A DNA stretch of 64,000 bases from Cyanobacteria bacterium P01_A01_bin.123. Its GTDB lineage: Bacteria > Cyanobacteriota > Cyanobacteriia > Phormidesmidales > Phormidesmidaceae. The notes under the pieces are model-generated. The model was not told where the DNA came from and did no database searches. It was given only the letters and a program-made list of their open reading frames with translations. Where the stretch lies: NCBI GenBank assembly GCA_039815185.1, contig JBCBZT010000031.1:34094-98093 (forward strand). The letters are read 5' to 3'. Shown here piece by piece: positions 48,034-57,287 of the stretch. The translations under genes were made by a program, and so were the position numbers. Each line of letters opens with the position of its first letter. The stretch's first letter is position 1.

Positions 48034-49335
48034 TCATTCATTACCTTTGGTTTCATCAGGCAGGTGAGGTTCGTAGCCCAGTTCTTTGCAATCACGGTCA
48101 GGGTCTAGCTTGATGCCTTCAGGCAGCTTGGTGCCGCAGAGTTTTGCTTGAGAGAGTACGTCTTCAGCTAGCCCTTTTGCATTTTCCAGCTGGGCTTCAC
48201 TAAGGTCCGCGCCCTCCAGATAGGCTTCCCAAAAATTTGCCCCTTCTAGATGGGCTCCTCCAAGATATGCCCCCTCCAGATGGGCTCTCCTAAGGTATGT
48301 CCTCTCTAGATGGATTCCCCTAAGATATGCCCCCTCTAGATGGGCTCCCAAAAGGCTTGCCCCATCCAGATGGGCTCTCTCAAGGTTTACTCTCTTCAGA
48401 TGGGCTCCCCCAAGTTTTGCTCTCTCCAGATGAGCTCCCAAAAGGTTTGCCCCCTCCAGATGGGCTTCCCTAAGGTTTGCCCTCTCCAGATGGGCTCCCC
48501 TAAGGTTTGTCCCCTCCAGATGGGCTCCCAAAAGGTTTGCCCTCTCGAGATGGGCCACAAGGTTTGCTCCTTCCAGATGGGCTCTCTCAAGGTTTGCTCC
48601 TTCCAGATGGGCTCTCTCAAGGTTTACCCCCTCCAGATGGGCTCTCTCAAGGTTTACCCCCTCCAGATGGGCTCTCTCAAGGTTTGCCCCCTTTAGGTCT
48701 GTTCTACTTAGATCCAACCTTTGCTGATCATTGTCAGCACTGCGGCGTCCGATCACAGTTAGCGCGCTCTGGATATCTTGATTTGGCTTTACTGCTGACT
48801 CTTGTGAATTGCCCTGGGAGATAAAGCTACTGATAAAAGAGCCTTGCTGCCTTTGTTCCGTTATGCCTGCCCGATTTCGAATAAAGGCAGTCAACACTTC
48901 CATCACAACTGGATGATCTTCCTTTGAGTCCCTAGCAATCCGCTCCAGGGAATAGATACCCCCCAACCGCATCTCTAATCTTTCGTCTGCCAACATCTCA
49001 ACCGCTTTGCTGAAACGGTCTGTCACGTTTTTGTCTTCTGCCAGTTGAGAGTTTCGCCATGCTAGATAGGCCGTTGCAAAGAAGCCCAATCCTGCAATGG
49101 TTTGAATCACTTTGAGAACGTTGTCCCGATTAGCATTCACCAAATCGGTGCGTTCTTTGGGTGTGAGCTTAGGAGGAAGATTTCTTTGTGGTAGCGTTCC
49201 CAATAGAAACCATAGCAGTAGCGCTAACCCTGAAACACCTGCGATGCTAGCAATCCACGGCGCAGCACGTCTGAGACGTTTGACAAGGGGAGGAACTTTT
49301 TTGAGAAACTGTCTCACATGGCTGCTCGGGGTCAT
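48034..49335 (-). CDS. Membrane-anchored pentapeptide repeat protein
   Basis: Two TMs, RLGGIYSLERIA, DIQSALTVIGRR, long A(H/N)L(E)G pentapeptide array. Confidence 0.92.
   Translation of the reverse strand: MTPSSHVRQFLKKVPPLVKRLRRAAPWIASIAGVSGLALLLWFLLGTLPQRNLPPKLTPKERTDLVNANRDNVLKVIQTIAGLGFFATAYLAWRNSQLAEDKNVTDRFSKAVEMLADERLEMRLGGIYSLERIARDSKEDHPVVMEVLTAFIRNRAGITEQRQQGSFISSFISQGNSQESAVKPNQDIQSALTVIGRRSADNDQQRLDLSRTDLKGANLERAHLEGVNLERAHLEGVNLERAHLEGANLERAHLEGANLVAHLERANLLGAHLEGTNLRGAHLERANLREAHLEGANLLGAHLERAKLGGAHLKRVNLERAHLDGASLLGAHLEGAYLRGIHLERTYLRRAHLEGAYLGGAHLEGANFWEAYLEGADLSEAQLENAKGLAEDVLSQAKLCGTKLPEGIKLDPDRDCKELGYEPHLPDETKGNE
48200..48695. repeat. 30-bp-period coding tandem repeat (pentapeptide array)
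   Basis: Recurrent CCAGATGGGCTC...AAGGTTT units. Confidence 0.9.
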
Positions 49336-49525
49336 CTCTGCGAGAATAGCAGCGATGACCCTATTTTTGAATCAAAATGTTTTCTCACCGGAAATCTGGT
49401 GAAATTACAGCGCATCCGTCCAAGCCGACCTCACTACGCGATCGCCCTTAGAAAACTGCATGTTATAGACTGAGATCGAGTTGTCAAAAGGCATATAGAA
49501 TCACAACCGTTTGGCAAAGGCAACA

Positions 49526-49780
49526 ATGGTTAATGCCCTCGTTCAGATTCCGCAGACGTTGCGAGTCACAGATCACCAATTTCTAGAATTGGTGATCGCA
49601 AATCCTGACTTAAGAATGGAGCGGACAGCCCAGGGAGAACTGATCATCATGTCACCCACTGGTAGTGAGGGCGGAAATTACAATGCAGAACTCACCACCG
49701 ATTTTGGGATTTGGAATTGTCAGACAAAACTCGGCAAGATTTTTGACTCCTCAACCGGGTTTAAACTGCCCAATGGCGTA
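49526..49780 (+). pseudogene. Truncated Uma2 family gene
   Basis: NPDLRMERTAQGELIIMSPTG...FDSSTGFKLPNG, then similarity is lost before the PD/E..SP catalytic half, where the convergent gene ends. Confidence 0.75.
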
Positions 49781-49784
49781 ACGT

Positions 49785-50267
49785 TTAGGAAACTGGGTTG
49801 TTGGGGAGACTCGGTGACTGCGATGGGCGTCGCCAAAGTTGCCAACTGCTCCACAGTAGGGGAATAGATAAGCTGATGATCCAGCAATAAAATCCCGACT
49901 GCAAGGATTGGAGATGCAGAGTTGCCCCTGCCCCGTTGGATGGAATTTCCTGGACAAATAGGAATAGGGTATTTAATCCTAACCCCACGGTGATGAGACC
50001 CAGAATGAACATTCCGCGCCAAACGCGACCCAACCATAGCCCTAAGCTAACGAGGTAAAAAATATTGGCAATCCAGGCAAATTGATAGATAAAAACGCCA
50101 AGCCAGCCAAGTGCCAGCACTTCCCAACCCGGCATGAGCGTCAATGCGCCGTCAGGAACAGTGTTGAATTCACCTCGATTGAGAAATTCAAAGGCGGGTA
50201 GAGCTATGGAGAGGCCATACAGGGCCAAGCTCAGGAGCATGGGGGAACGCAAAGACCGGGGTTTCAT
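49785..50267 (-). CDS. Hypothetical membrane protein (~4 TM)
   Basis: Hydrophobic ORF with LGWLG, AWIAN, GFYCW. Confidence 0.65.
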   Translation of the reverse strand: MKPRSLRSPMLLSLALYGLSIALPAFEFLNRGEFNTVPDGALTLMPGWEVLALGWLGVFIYQFAWIANIFYLVSLGLWLGRVWRGMFILGLITVGLGLNTLFLFVQEIPSNGAGATLHLQSLQSGFYCWIISLSIPLLWSSWQLWRRPSQSPSLPNNPVS

Positions 50268-50498
50268 ATGGGGATCTTCAGGGGGTTGGGGGACGTATTA
50301 GTTTGTAGCTGTGACTACAAAATTGACCGTTGGGTTTACGGATGAAATCTTGAACCGTCTTTGCCAAGCCCGCTTTGCCATCCGCTACATGGTGTTCTCT
50401 TAGGGGGTGTTGCTTCCCAGTACTTCAGCGGGATTTGTTCGAATTTCGATACCCGCTTCCGCTTAAAGCCATTCTTGAGAGCGATTGCAGGTCTTGTT

Positions 50499-50606
50499 CT
50501 ATAGCGCTGGCCAGATTGCTTAATGCACCGAGTATCGCCAAGATGCTGAGTCTACAAGCAATCTGGCTCGCGGTAGCACACAAAGCTTTGTGCGCTACCG
50601 CTATAG
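50499..50606. mobile_element. MITE-like 108-bp element, copy 2 (intact ends)
   Basis: Terminal inverted repeats CTATAGCG...CGCTATAG enclose hairpins GCCAGATTGCT/AGCAATCTGGC and GCGGTAGC..ACAAAGCTTTGT..GCTACCGC; homologous to 14462-14568. Confidence 0.7.
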
Positions 50607-50638
50607 ATCACCAGGACTCGCCAATCGTGATTGACTGA

Positions 50639-51574
50639 TCAGCGCTTGGCATGAGGGTATAGGCTCTTGGGTGAAGGATCGTTCTTCTTAATTGCTGTTT
50701 TAAGAAATTCCAGAAAGACTTGCACCTTCCGAGGCAAATGTTTGCGGCTGGGATAGAGTGCATTAATGTTGACAGGTCGCGAAGCCCAATTGGGTAAAAC
50801 TGGCAGCAAACGCTGCTGAGATAACACGGTTTGGCACAGAACTTCTGGGAGCAGGCCAATGCCTAATCCGGCCAGCATTGCGTGCAAAATCGGTGCTACA
50901 TCATTGGAGGCCAGTTGAGGCTCAAATTCTAGGGTATAGGTTTCGCGGTTGGGATTTTCCAGTCTCCAGACCCGCTGTTTATGAGTTGACCCCAGACTTA
51001 AGAGTTGATGATGTTTGAGGTCATCTACCTGGGTTGGCATCGTGTGCGTTTTCAAATACTCAGGACTCGCCATCAGTTGCAACCGCACCGAAGCAACTGG
51101 CTGAAAAGCAAAGCTAGAATCCGCTAGTTCGCCTACCCGAATGGCCAGATCGTAGCCCGCCTTCAACAGATCGATGCGTTCATTCATCGCATGAAGGACC
51201 ACGCGCACCTGGGGATAGCGGGCTAAAAACTGGGGCAATACCGGAGCCAAAAACTGTTGGGTAAACAAGACTGGGGCAGAAATCCGCAGTGTCCCTTGCG
51301 GTTCGCCTTGTAGCGCGGCGATCGCAGCTTTCCCTTCCATCACTGCCGTCATCATCGGCTGACAGTTTTCATAAAACAACCGTCCTGCCTCCGTCAGCGA
51401 CACCCGCCGCGTTGTCCGGTGAAACAACTGAACTTTCAACCGTTGCTCTAGCTCATGAATTTTCAAGCTGACGGTAGATTTAGGCATTTCCAGGGCCTTC
51501 GCCGTGGCCGTGAACCCTTGATGCTCAGCCACCTGAAGGAATAGAAAAATTGCATTGAAGTCATCCATCGCCAA
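50639..51574 (-). CDS. LysR-family regulator (CrgA-like)
   Basis: GFTATAKALEMPKSTVS..I.ELEQRL...LFHRTTRRVSLTEAG; DLAIRVG; divergent from the SDR gene. Confidence 0.93.
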   Translation of the reverse strand: MAMDDFNAIFLFLQVAEHQGFTATAKALEMPKSTVSLKIHELEQRLKVQLFHRTTRRVSLTEAGRLFYENCQPMMTAVMEGKAAIAALQGEPQGTLRISAPVLFTQQFLAPVLPQFLARYPQVRVVLHAMNERIDLLKAGYDLAIRVGELADSSFAFQPVASVRLQLMASPEYLKTHTMPTQVDDLKHHQLLSLGSTHKQRVWRLENPNRETYTLEFEPQLASNDVAPILHAMLAGLGIGLLPEVLCQTVLSQQRLLPVLPNWASRPVNINALYPSRKHLPRKVQVFLEFLKTAIKKNDPSPKSLYPHAKR

Positions 51575-51674
51575 TTGTCCATCTACTTGGACAAAGTATT
51601 CATAAAACCTACCTTTATCTTATATTTCTGGCTAGTCATAATCGAACCATCGGTATTCGAATGAGGAGTTCGTT

Positions 51675-52406
51675 ATGAGTCTCAATCAAAAAGTAGCTCT
51701 CGTTACTGCCGCCTCCAGAGGGATTGGACGCGCCGTGGCAGAACGTCTTGGGCGAGAAGGCGCTTCGGTGGCTGTCAATTATGTGTCTAATCGGGGCAAA
51801 GCTGATGAGGTGGTGAATGCGATCGTGCAGGCTGGCGGCAACGCTTTTGCCATTCAGGGAAATATTGCACAGCACCAAGATGTGGTGCGTTTATTTGAGG
51901 AAACGACCGCTCACTACGGTCAGGTCAATATTGTGGTGAATGTCGCTGGCGTTTCTGTCTTTAAACCGCACCAACAATTAACAGACGAAGACTTTGACCG
52001 AGTCTTTGGGGTGAATGCCAGAGGCGCGATGTATGTGCTGCAAGAAGCCGCCAATCGCCTTACAGAAGGCGGGCGAATCGTGCAGTTTTCGACTGGGGGT
52101 ACCCAGATGGCGGTGTCGGGAGGCGGAATTTACGCCGCCAGTAAAGCGGCGGGCGAACGGTTTGCCTTTGCCCTCGCCAAAGAACTGGGGAGTAGGCAGA
52201 TTACCGTAAATGTTGTTTCCCCAGGTGTCACTGATACGGATGGGCTAATCATGCCGCCAGAAGCTGTGAACCAACTGATTGAACAAACGCCCTTGGGTCG
52301 TCTGGGTCAGCCACAAGAGGTCGCTGACGTGGTCGCCTTCTTGGTTAGTGACGATGCTCGCTGGATGACCGGGCAAAATCTGCAGGCCAATGGCGGGATT
52401 TTGTAG
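51675..52406 (+). CDS. Short-chain dehydrogenase/reductase
   Basis: TAASRGIG, YAASK, VNVVSPG, PLGRLGQP. Confidence 0.93.
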   Translation: MSLNQKVALVTAASRGIGRAVAERLGREGASVAVNYVSNRGKADEVVNAIVQAGGNAFAIQGNIAQHQDVVRLFEETTAHYGQVNIVVNVAGVSVFKPHQQLTDEDFDRVFGVNARGAMYVLQEAANRLTEGGRIVQFSTGGTQMAVSGGGIYAASKAAGERFAFALAKELGSRQITVNVVSPGVTDTDGLIMPPEAVNQLIEQTPLGRLGQPQEVADVVAFLVSDDARWMTGQNLQANGGIL

Positions 52407-52419
52407 CGCTCTATTTGCA

Positions 52420-52998
52420 CTATTTTGTGGGGCTCTCCGCAGAGGGTAGCGGGTTACCGCCTTCGCAGTAGACTTCGAGAGCATAGAGCATTCCGCCATA
52501 GTGTCCGCTGGCTTCGTCCATTTGGACAACACTTGCCTGGTGAGCGGGTGAGCGATCATTGGCAGAGGTAATTGTACGCTGAACATCGGCAAAAGGAGCC
52601 ATCATGCGTTTGGCTTCAGTCAGTTGCCGAAGACCTGTTGCGAGTTCTAGACTCAAACGCTTTAGGTTTTGATCCTCTGTTTCTAGCGCTTCTAGTAAAG
52701 CTGCGGTTTGTAGAGAAACCTCAGCTTCTTCAAGTAAGCCTTCTCTTGTTTGGGTTCCATCAGCGGCCAAATTTCCCTTGTAGGCAGCCATGGCCTGCTC
52801 ATAGTGGACCTCTGTGATGTCGTAGATTTGTTGACACTCAGCACGACGCTCTTCTGCAAGACGCTGTTGAGCCCCAAACGGATCATCTAAGTCGAAAGTG
52901 CAGGCCGTTAAGCTCAGTAAGGCAGTTGTACCGATGAACATTCGCAAAAACATCCGAGGGTTGACTATTTGCGGCATCCGGCTATTGGTGGTTGACAT
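52420..52998 (-). CDS. Hypothetical lipoprotein
   Basis: Hydrophobic N-terminus with lipobox LTAC. Confidence 0.65.
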   Translation of the reverse strand: MSTTNSRMPQIVNPRMFLRMFIGTTALLSLTACTFDLDDPFGAQQRLAEERRAECQQIYDITEVHYEQAMAAYKGNLAADGTQTREGLLEEAEVSLQTAALLEALETEDQNLKRLSLELATGLRQLTEAKRMMAPFADVQRTITSANDRSPAHQASVVQMDEASGHYGGMLYALEVYCEGGNPLPSAESPTK

Positions 52999-53223
52999 CG
53001 TGATTTAAGTCAGTAAATGAGTGTTGAACCAATCGGCTTTCAGACTGTTCCGAAAGATTCAGCAGGCCATAGACTTTAGCTTGCTATTACCCGTAGGTCA
53101 TTACATCCAGCAAAATCTCATCAATCCAATCAGGCACGCGCAAAGTGCTCCCATGGTTCTCACCGAAGGATAAAGTACTGGTCAATTGATGGGAGTGGAG
53201 CGATCGCCCACCTTAGGAGGTAG

Positions 53224-53247
53224 ATGCTAACGAGCGCTCGTTAGCAT
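53224..53247. terminator. Perfect 24-bp palindrome, probable terminator
   Basis: ATGCTAACGAGCGCTCGTTAGCAT, 7 nt past the stop of ORF 53255..53440(-). Confidence 0.5.
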
Positions 53248-53254
53248 TCGTTCC

Positions 53255-53440
53255 TCAGTTGCGATCCGCGATTGTCGTGTCTGAGGGAGAAGCTGTAGTA
53301 GACTCGCCCTGTATCAGGCCCAAGGAATCTTCGAGGAGTCCGTCTGACAGACTTGGATGGGGCACTGTGTCAGCAATCAGTAGCGTTATAACAACAGCTA
53401 AAACTAAACGGGAAAGCTTAATTTCTTTGAGTATTTGCAT
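53255..53440 (-). CDS. Small protein with an N-terminal hydrophobic segment
   Basis: ATG preceded by AGGA on the minus strand, one TM/signal-like stretch, downstream palindrome. Confidence 0.4.
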   Translation of the reverse strand: MQILKEIKLSRLVLAVVITLLIADTVPHPSLSDGLLEDSLGLIQGESTTASPSDTTIADRN

Positions 53441-53919
53441 GACTCTAATTTCCTAAGAGAGTGTTTAAAGCGTTTTGAAGCGAAGAAGCAAATCTTTAGG
53501 TCAGGCGGCGCGCTATGTGGCGACTCACAATATACTCCCGAGCACAGCGGGTCTCAAAAGTTAAGGGATCTTGGCTGTATTCGGCGAGTGCAGTAGCCGC
53601 ATCGGGTCGAGGCAGATTGAGCAAGTTCTGGGCACAAGAGGCTGGAGTTTTCATGGGTCTTTCCTCTTACAAAACATGGAGCCAGTTGGGCATGAATGTC
53701 TAGACAGAGGTTTGCCTGGCTTCAATATGAGTAAAACTCATGTTTTAATGATGTGAGCTTCTCTCATGTTTGTCAAGAGAAACTCTGCGAAGACTGATGA
53801 TTATCTTGCTGGAACTAAGCCAAATTTTCTCCTGTTACCTTCGATGAAAGGAATCTGTCAGAGGTAGGGAATGCAGGTTTTGCATATGTTAGAAGCTTAC
53901 AATTGAGGGCAATAGAGTA

Positions 53920-54897
53920 TCAGATGCCATTGGGCGCGAAAAGAATCTTGCCATTGCGCCCCGGTGTTTCGTAAGCCTGCACGGCATTGGTCAACTGATC
54001 GAGGCTGTAGTGTGCCGCAACATCTGCATGAAGTCGCCCAGCAATGACTTCTTGCGTCAGTGCTCCATAGACTTTGGCCTTCTCCTCAGTGGAGGCATTT
54101 TGTATCCAGGGCAGCAACCAAAATCCTTTAATTTGCACGTTGTTAAAAATGATCAGTCCATCATCGATCTGGGCGGGACGGCTAGAGAGACCACCGAATA
54201 AGACGAGAGTGCCGCCATACTCAAGCGTCCCAGCAAGATGCCCAAACGTCTCACCCGCCACCGCATCAAGGGCTAAACGCATTTTGCTGCCAATCTCTGC
54301 TTGGACGCGCTCTGCTAAATCGGGTCCGTCTACAAAAACTGCATCTGCCCCATCTGCCAGCAATTTGGCCTTTGCCGCTTCGCTGCGAACGACACAGGCC
54401 ACCTTAATCTCGCGTGCCTTGCCCAATTGAATCACATACTGCCCAACCGCCGAGTTAGCGGCGGATTGAATCACCCAATCGCCTGGCTTGAGTTCCACAT
54501 AATCTCGCAGCAGCAGGTAAGCTGTTGCCGGATTCACAGTGAGCATGGAGAGTTGATCCACATCCGCATCCGCTTCTGGTAGGGGTACAAGCTCTTCAAT
54601 ATTGCGCACCATTTCGGTGGCCCAAGTCCCACCGCCAGGTAGCAACACAAGGGAGCCAACATCGATGCCCTTGCCATTGACTTCGCGAACGCGCCCAATG
54701 CCTTCTAATCCGGGTGTAGCAGGTAGATCAGGAAGATCGCCATAGCGACCCTCAATGGTGACAATGTCGGATGGATTCACGGGCGCGCACAGTACGTCAA
54801 TGCGTGCCGTGCCTTCAGGCATGGGAGAAGGCGCACTCTCTTGAACACTAAGAACGTCTTTGGGATCACCAAATTTTGAAAAGACTATATTTTTCAT
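53920..54897 (-). CDS. MDR-family 2-enoyl thioester reductase-like oxidoreductase
   Basis: APVNPSD..TIEGRYG, PGLEGIG, VNPATAYLLL, QSAANSAVG, GFWL; probable start MKNIVF at 54897 with AAGGA RBS. Confidence 0.88.
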   Translation of the reverse strand: MKNIVFSKFGDPKDVLSVQESAPSPMPEGTARIDVLCAPVNPSDIVTIEGRYGDLPDLPATPGLEGIGRVREVNGKGIDVGSLVLLPGGGTWATEMVRNIEELVPLPEADADVDQLSMLTVNPATAYLLLRDYVELKPGDWVIQSAANSAVGQYVIQLGKAREIKVACVVRSEAAKAKLLADGADAVFVDGPDLAERVQAEIGSKMRLALDAVAGETFGHLAGTLEYGGTLVLFGGLSSRPAQIDDGLIIFNNVQIKGFWLLPWIQNASTEEKAKVYGALTQEVIAGRLHADVAAHYSLDQLTNAVQAYETPGRNGKILFAPNGI

Positions 54898-54929
54898 GCT
54901 AAATCCTTGTTGGGTTAGGGACGGTAGTC

Positions 54930-56324
54930 TCAAACGTTGGCTGGAGCGTTCTCGTTGCAGGCGGCCAGCACAGTATTGGCCGCGGCTTCGCCCGAAGCGC
55001 AGGCCCCTTCCATATAGCCTCTCCAGACTCGCGACAGGTGGGTTCCTGCCCAGTAGACGCGTCCGCAAGACTCCCAAAGCCGATCGCCGATGGTCGTGAG
55101 CGTTCCGGGCGTCATGTAGGAGCAGGCGCCACCGTGTGACCAGGGTTCAGCTGCCCACTGCTTGACCACCATCTGCACTGGATTGCGGGCCTGTTCGCCC
55201 AGGGACTTTGCGGCCAGGTCGAGGATGATTTGGTCGCGTTCAGCCTCGGTGGCGTTGTCCAACTGGATAGATGTCTCTCCGCCAAACAGAACCGTAATCA
55301 CCCCGCGCTTCGACTCAGTGTCTCCGAGGTCAAAGATGCCAGTCATGCTGTTGTCGATACTCATGACAACGCCCGAGAGATCTTGGTTGCGCCAAAAGGG
55401 CGTCTCGTAGGTGAGGATTGCCTTCGCATATCGGCCCATCGGGCAGCGTTGGTGGAACTCGCGGCGGTATGCGGGCAGCATCGGCTCAAACTCAAGCCGA
55501 TTGATCATCACTGGTGGCAGCGCACAGATGACGTGTTTGCCGCGCCAAGTGGTTTCATCGCACTCCACGGTGACGCCTTGGTCATCTTGTAAGATGCGGC
55601 GCACGGGAGAGCTGAGTGACACGACCCCGTTAACCTTTGATACCAGTCCTTCGGAAACCAGCTGACTGCCCATCATATGGGCGGACTGGCCGCCAGTATT
55701 TGTGTCGCCCATCAAGAGGATATCGCCGCAGGTCTTGAACAAATGCATGGCTTCAAGGCAGGAGACTTCTTCTGGTCTGACCCCAAAGAAGGCATTCGTG
55801 CTTGCGGTCATCAACGCGCGTAAGTTAGGTGACTTGACGTTCTGGCTAATCCAGATTGCAAAGGTCATTGAGTCGAGTTCATGGGCTTGCGCGTGGGCCC
55901 ATGGCGCGTCAATGTCTAGGCCTGCCAACGCACTCTCAAACTTAGCCATAACGGTTTGGAGTTCCGGTAGAGCAGATTCCCGTCCGGGAAAGCTGCCCAC
56001 TTCGCCCGTATGGCGAGTTTCTCCGTCGATAGCCACCTCTTTACCGGTCACGTACTGCGGCACCAGGGGCACATTGAATTCTTGAACGAGCTCATGCATC
56101 CGCGTATGCACATCTGCCAGCCAAGCTCCGCCTAGATCAACATGCTCTCCAAGATACTCGCTGTATTCGGAACAGGTCAGGCCCCCGACGCGATCGCGGG
56201 CTTCCAGCACGGCGACGCGTTGCCCTGCATTGGACAATACCCGTGCAGCGTACAACCCAGATAATCCTCCGCCAACAACGATTGTGTCGAAAGCTGTCTG
56301 TTCTACTGGTTTGCTTTGAGCCAT
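54930..56324 (-). CDS. Flavin monoamine oxidase family protein
   Basis: VVGGGLSGL, LEARDRVGG, DLGGAW, W..EPWSHG, WAGTH...WRGYMEGA. Confidence 0.92.
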   Translation of the reverse strand: MAQSKPVEQTAFDTIVVGGGLSGLYAARVLSNAGQRVAVLEARDRVGGLTCSEYSEYLGEHVDLGGAWLADVHTRMHELVQEFNVPLVPQYVTGKEVAIDGETRHTGEVGSFPGRESALPELQTVMAKFESALAGLDIDAPWAHAQAHELDSMTFAIWISQNVKSPNLRALMTASTNAFFGVRPEEVSCLEAMHLFKTCGDILLMGDTNTGGQSAHMMGSQLVSEGLVSKVNGVVSLSSPVRRILQDDQGVTVECDETTWRGKHVICALPPVMINRLEFEPMLPAYRREFHQRCPMGRYAKAILTYETPFWRNQDLSGVVMSIDNSMTGIFDLGDTESKRGVITVLFGGETSIQLDNATEAERDQIILDLAAKSLGEQARNPVQMVVKQWAAEPWSHGGACSYMTPGTLTTIGDRLWESCGRVYWAGTHLSRVWRGYMEGACASGEAAANTVLAACNENAPANV

Positions 56325-56392
56325 GATTTTCTCCTGTGGGGTCGTTAGCGCGATAACTCGCTGGAAACTTAGTTTTTGATTGACGGCTTTAA

Positions 56393-56475
56393 AAATTCTA
56401 CAATTGATGAATTTAAATTGATTCTACATATGATGAATTTATTTTGTCAAGATAAATTCTTTAATTGATGAATTT
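56393..56475. promoter_or_regulatory. Three imperfect 22-bp palindromes, putative TetR operators
   Basis: AAATTCTACAATTGATGAATTT (56393), TGATTCTACATATGATGAATTT (56419), AAATTCTTTAATTGATGAATTT (56454) between divergent oxidase and tetR genes. Confidence 0.75.
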
Positions 56476-56551
56476 ATTTTGTTGATCTCTTTTGGCATCG
56501 TGTAGTCTCAGGGGGTAATCGCACGCGATCGCGTGCATAGGAGTATTTGCT

Positions 56552-57130
56552 GTGGGACGAAAAAGCCTGGCTGCCGAGCGACGAGAGGACATACTCGATG
56601 CATTCGAGCAGTGCATCCTAGAACGGGGGATTGAGGGAACCTCGTTTCAACACATTGCTCAGGTGCTCGGAATGGATCGGAAAATCATTAGCCACTATTT
56701 CGGGAATCGAGAAGCCTTGGTTGATGCGGTGACCCAACGAATCGTTGACGGCTTTGACTCGCGCATGAACGAGGCGCTGGCGAATCTGGAACAGGCGGCC
56801 GGTGTCATGGAACTCGTGGACGCGTTCTACAGCCAGGAGGGTTCTGCCGAGCGGACTGAGATCCTCTGGGCGGAGATCTTGGCCTACGCGACGAGATCTG
56901 AGGCCGTTCGCGATCGCCTGAGACAGAGCTACGACAAATTGTTCTGGGCCGTAGGCGAGGCCCTAAAGCGCGAGTATCCGACTGTAGCGAAAAAACAGCT
57001 GCAGACGGCAACCTATACCGTTGCCACCCTGCTTGATCGGTCCCCTATGTTTGAGTGGATCGGCGTAAAGGGTTCGCCTATCAAGTCTGCAAAGGTGGCG
57101 ATTGCAAAAGTGCTGGAGAGTTTGGAGTGA
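56552..57130 (+). CDS. TetR/AcrR-family regulator
   Basis: RREDILDAF..CI.ERGIEGTSFQHIA..LGM...IISHYFGNREAL; AGGAG RBS before GTG. Confidence 0.9.
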   Translation: MGRKSLAAERREDILDAFEQCILERGIEGTSFQHIAQVLGMDRKIISHYFGNREALVDAVTQRIVDGFDSRMNEALANLEQAAGVMELVDAFYSQEGSAERTEILWAEILAYATRSEAVRDRLRQSYDKLFWAVGEALKREYPTVAKKQLQTATYTVATLLDRSPMFEWIGVKGSPIKSAKVAIAKVLESLE

Positions 57131-57136
57131 CTAAGC

Positions 57137-57168
57137 ACTGGGGAGCCTATAACTGGGGAGCCTATAAC
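57137..57168. repeat. 15-bp tandem duplication
   Basis: ACTGGGGAGCCTATA x2 just after the tetR stop. Confidence 0.8.
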
Positions 57169-57287
57169 AAGTATCGCGGCGATCATTGCTGCGGCAATAG
57201 GCACTTACTCACAACAGTGCTACGAAGAATGGGGCTTCGAGGGGCTTACCATTTCGGGCTTTGGCCTTAGATCAGCAACGTCTCTAC

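Noticed and set aside
48200..48695. Regular repeats resembling a CRISPR array
   Set aside because: 30-bp period without unique spacers, in frame within a pentapeptide-repeat CDS, and no cas genes; the overlapping alternative ORFs are shadows of the repeat
54898..55077. 60-aa N-terminal extension of the MDR ORF in the ORF track
   Set aside because: Overlaps the amine oxidase 3' end; family similarity and an RBS point to ATG 54897
56521..56536. Palindrome GCACGCGATCGCGTGC
   Set aside because: Centred on the ubiquitous HIP1 octamer, so probably an incidental extension
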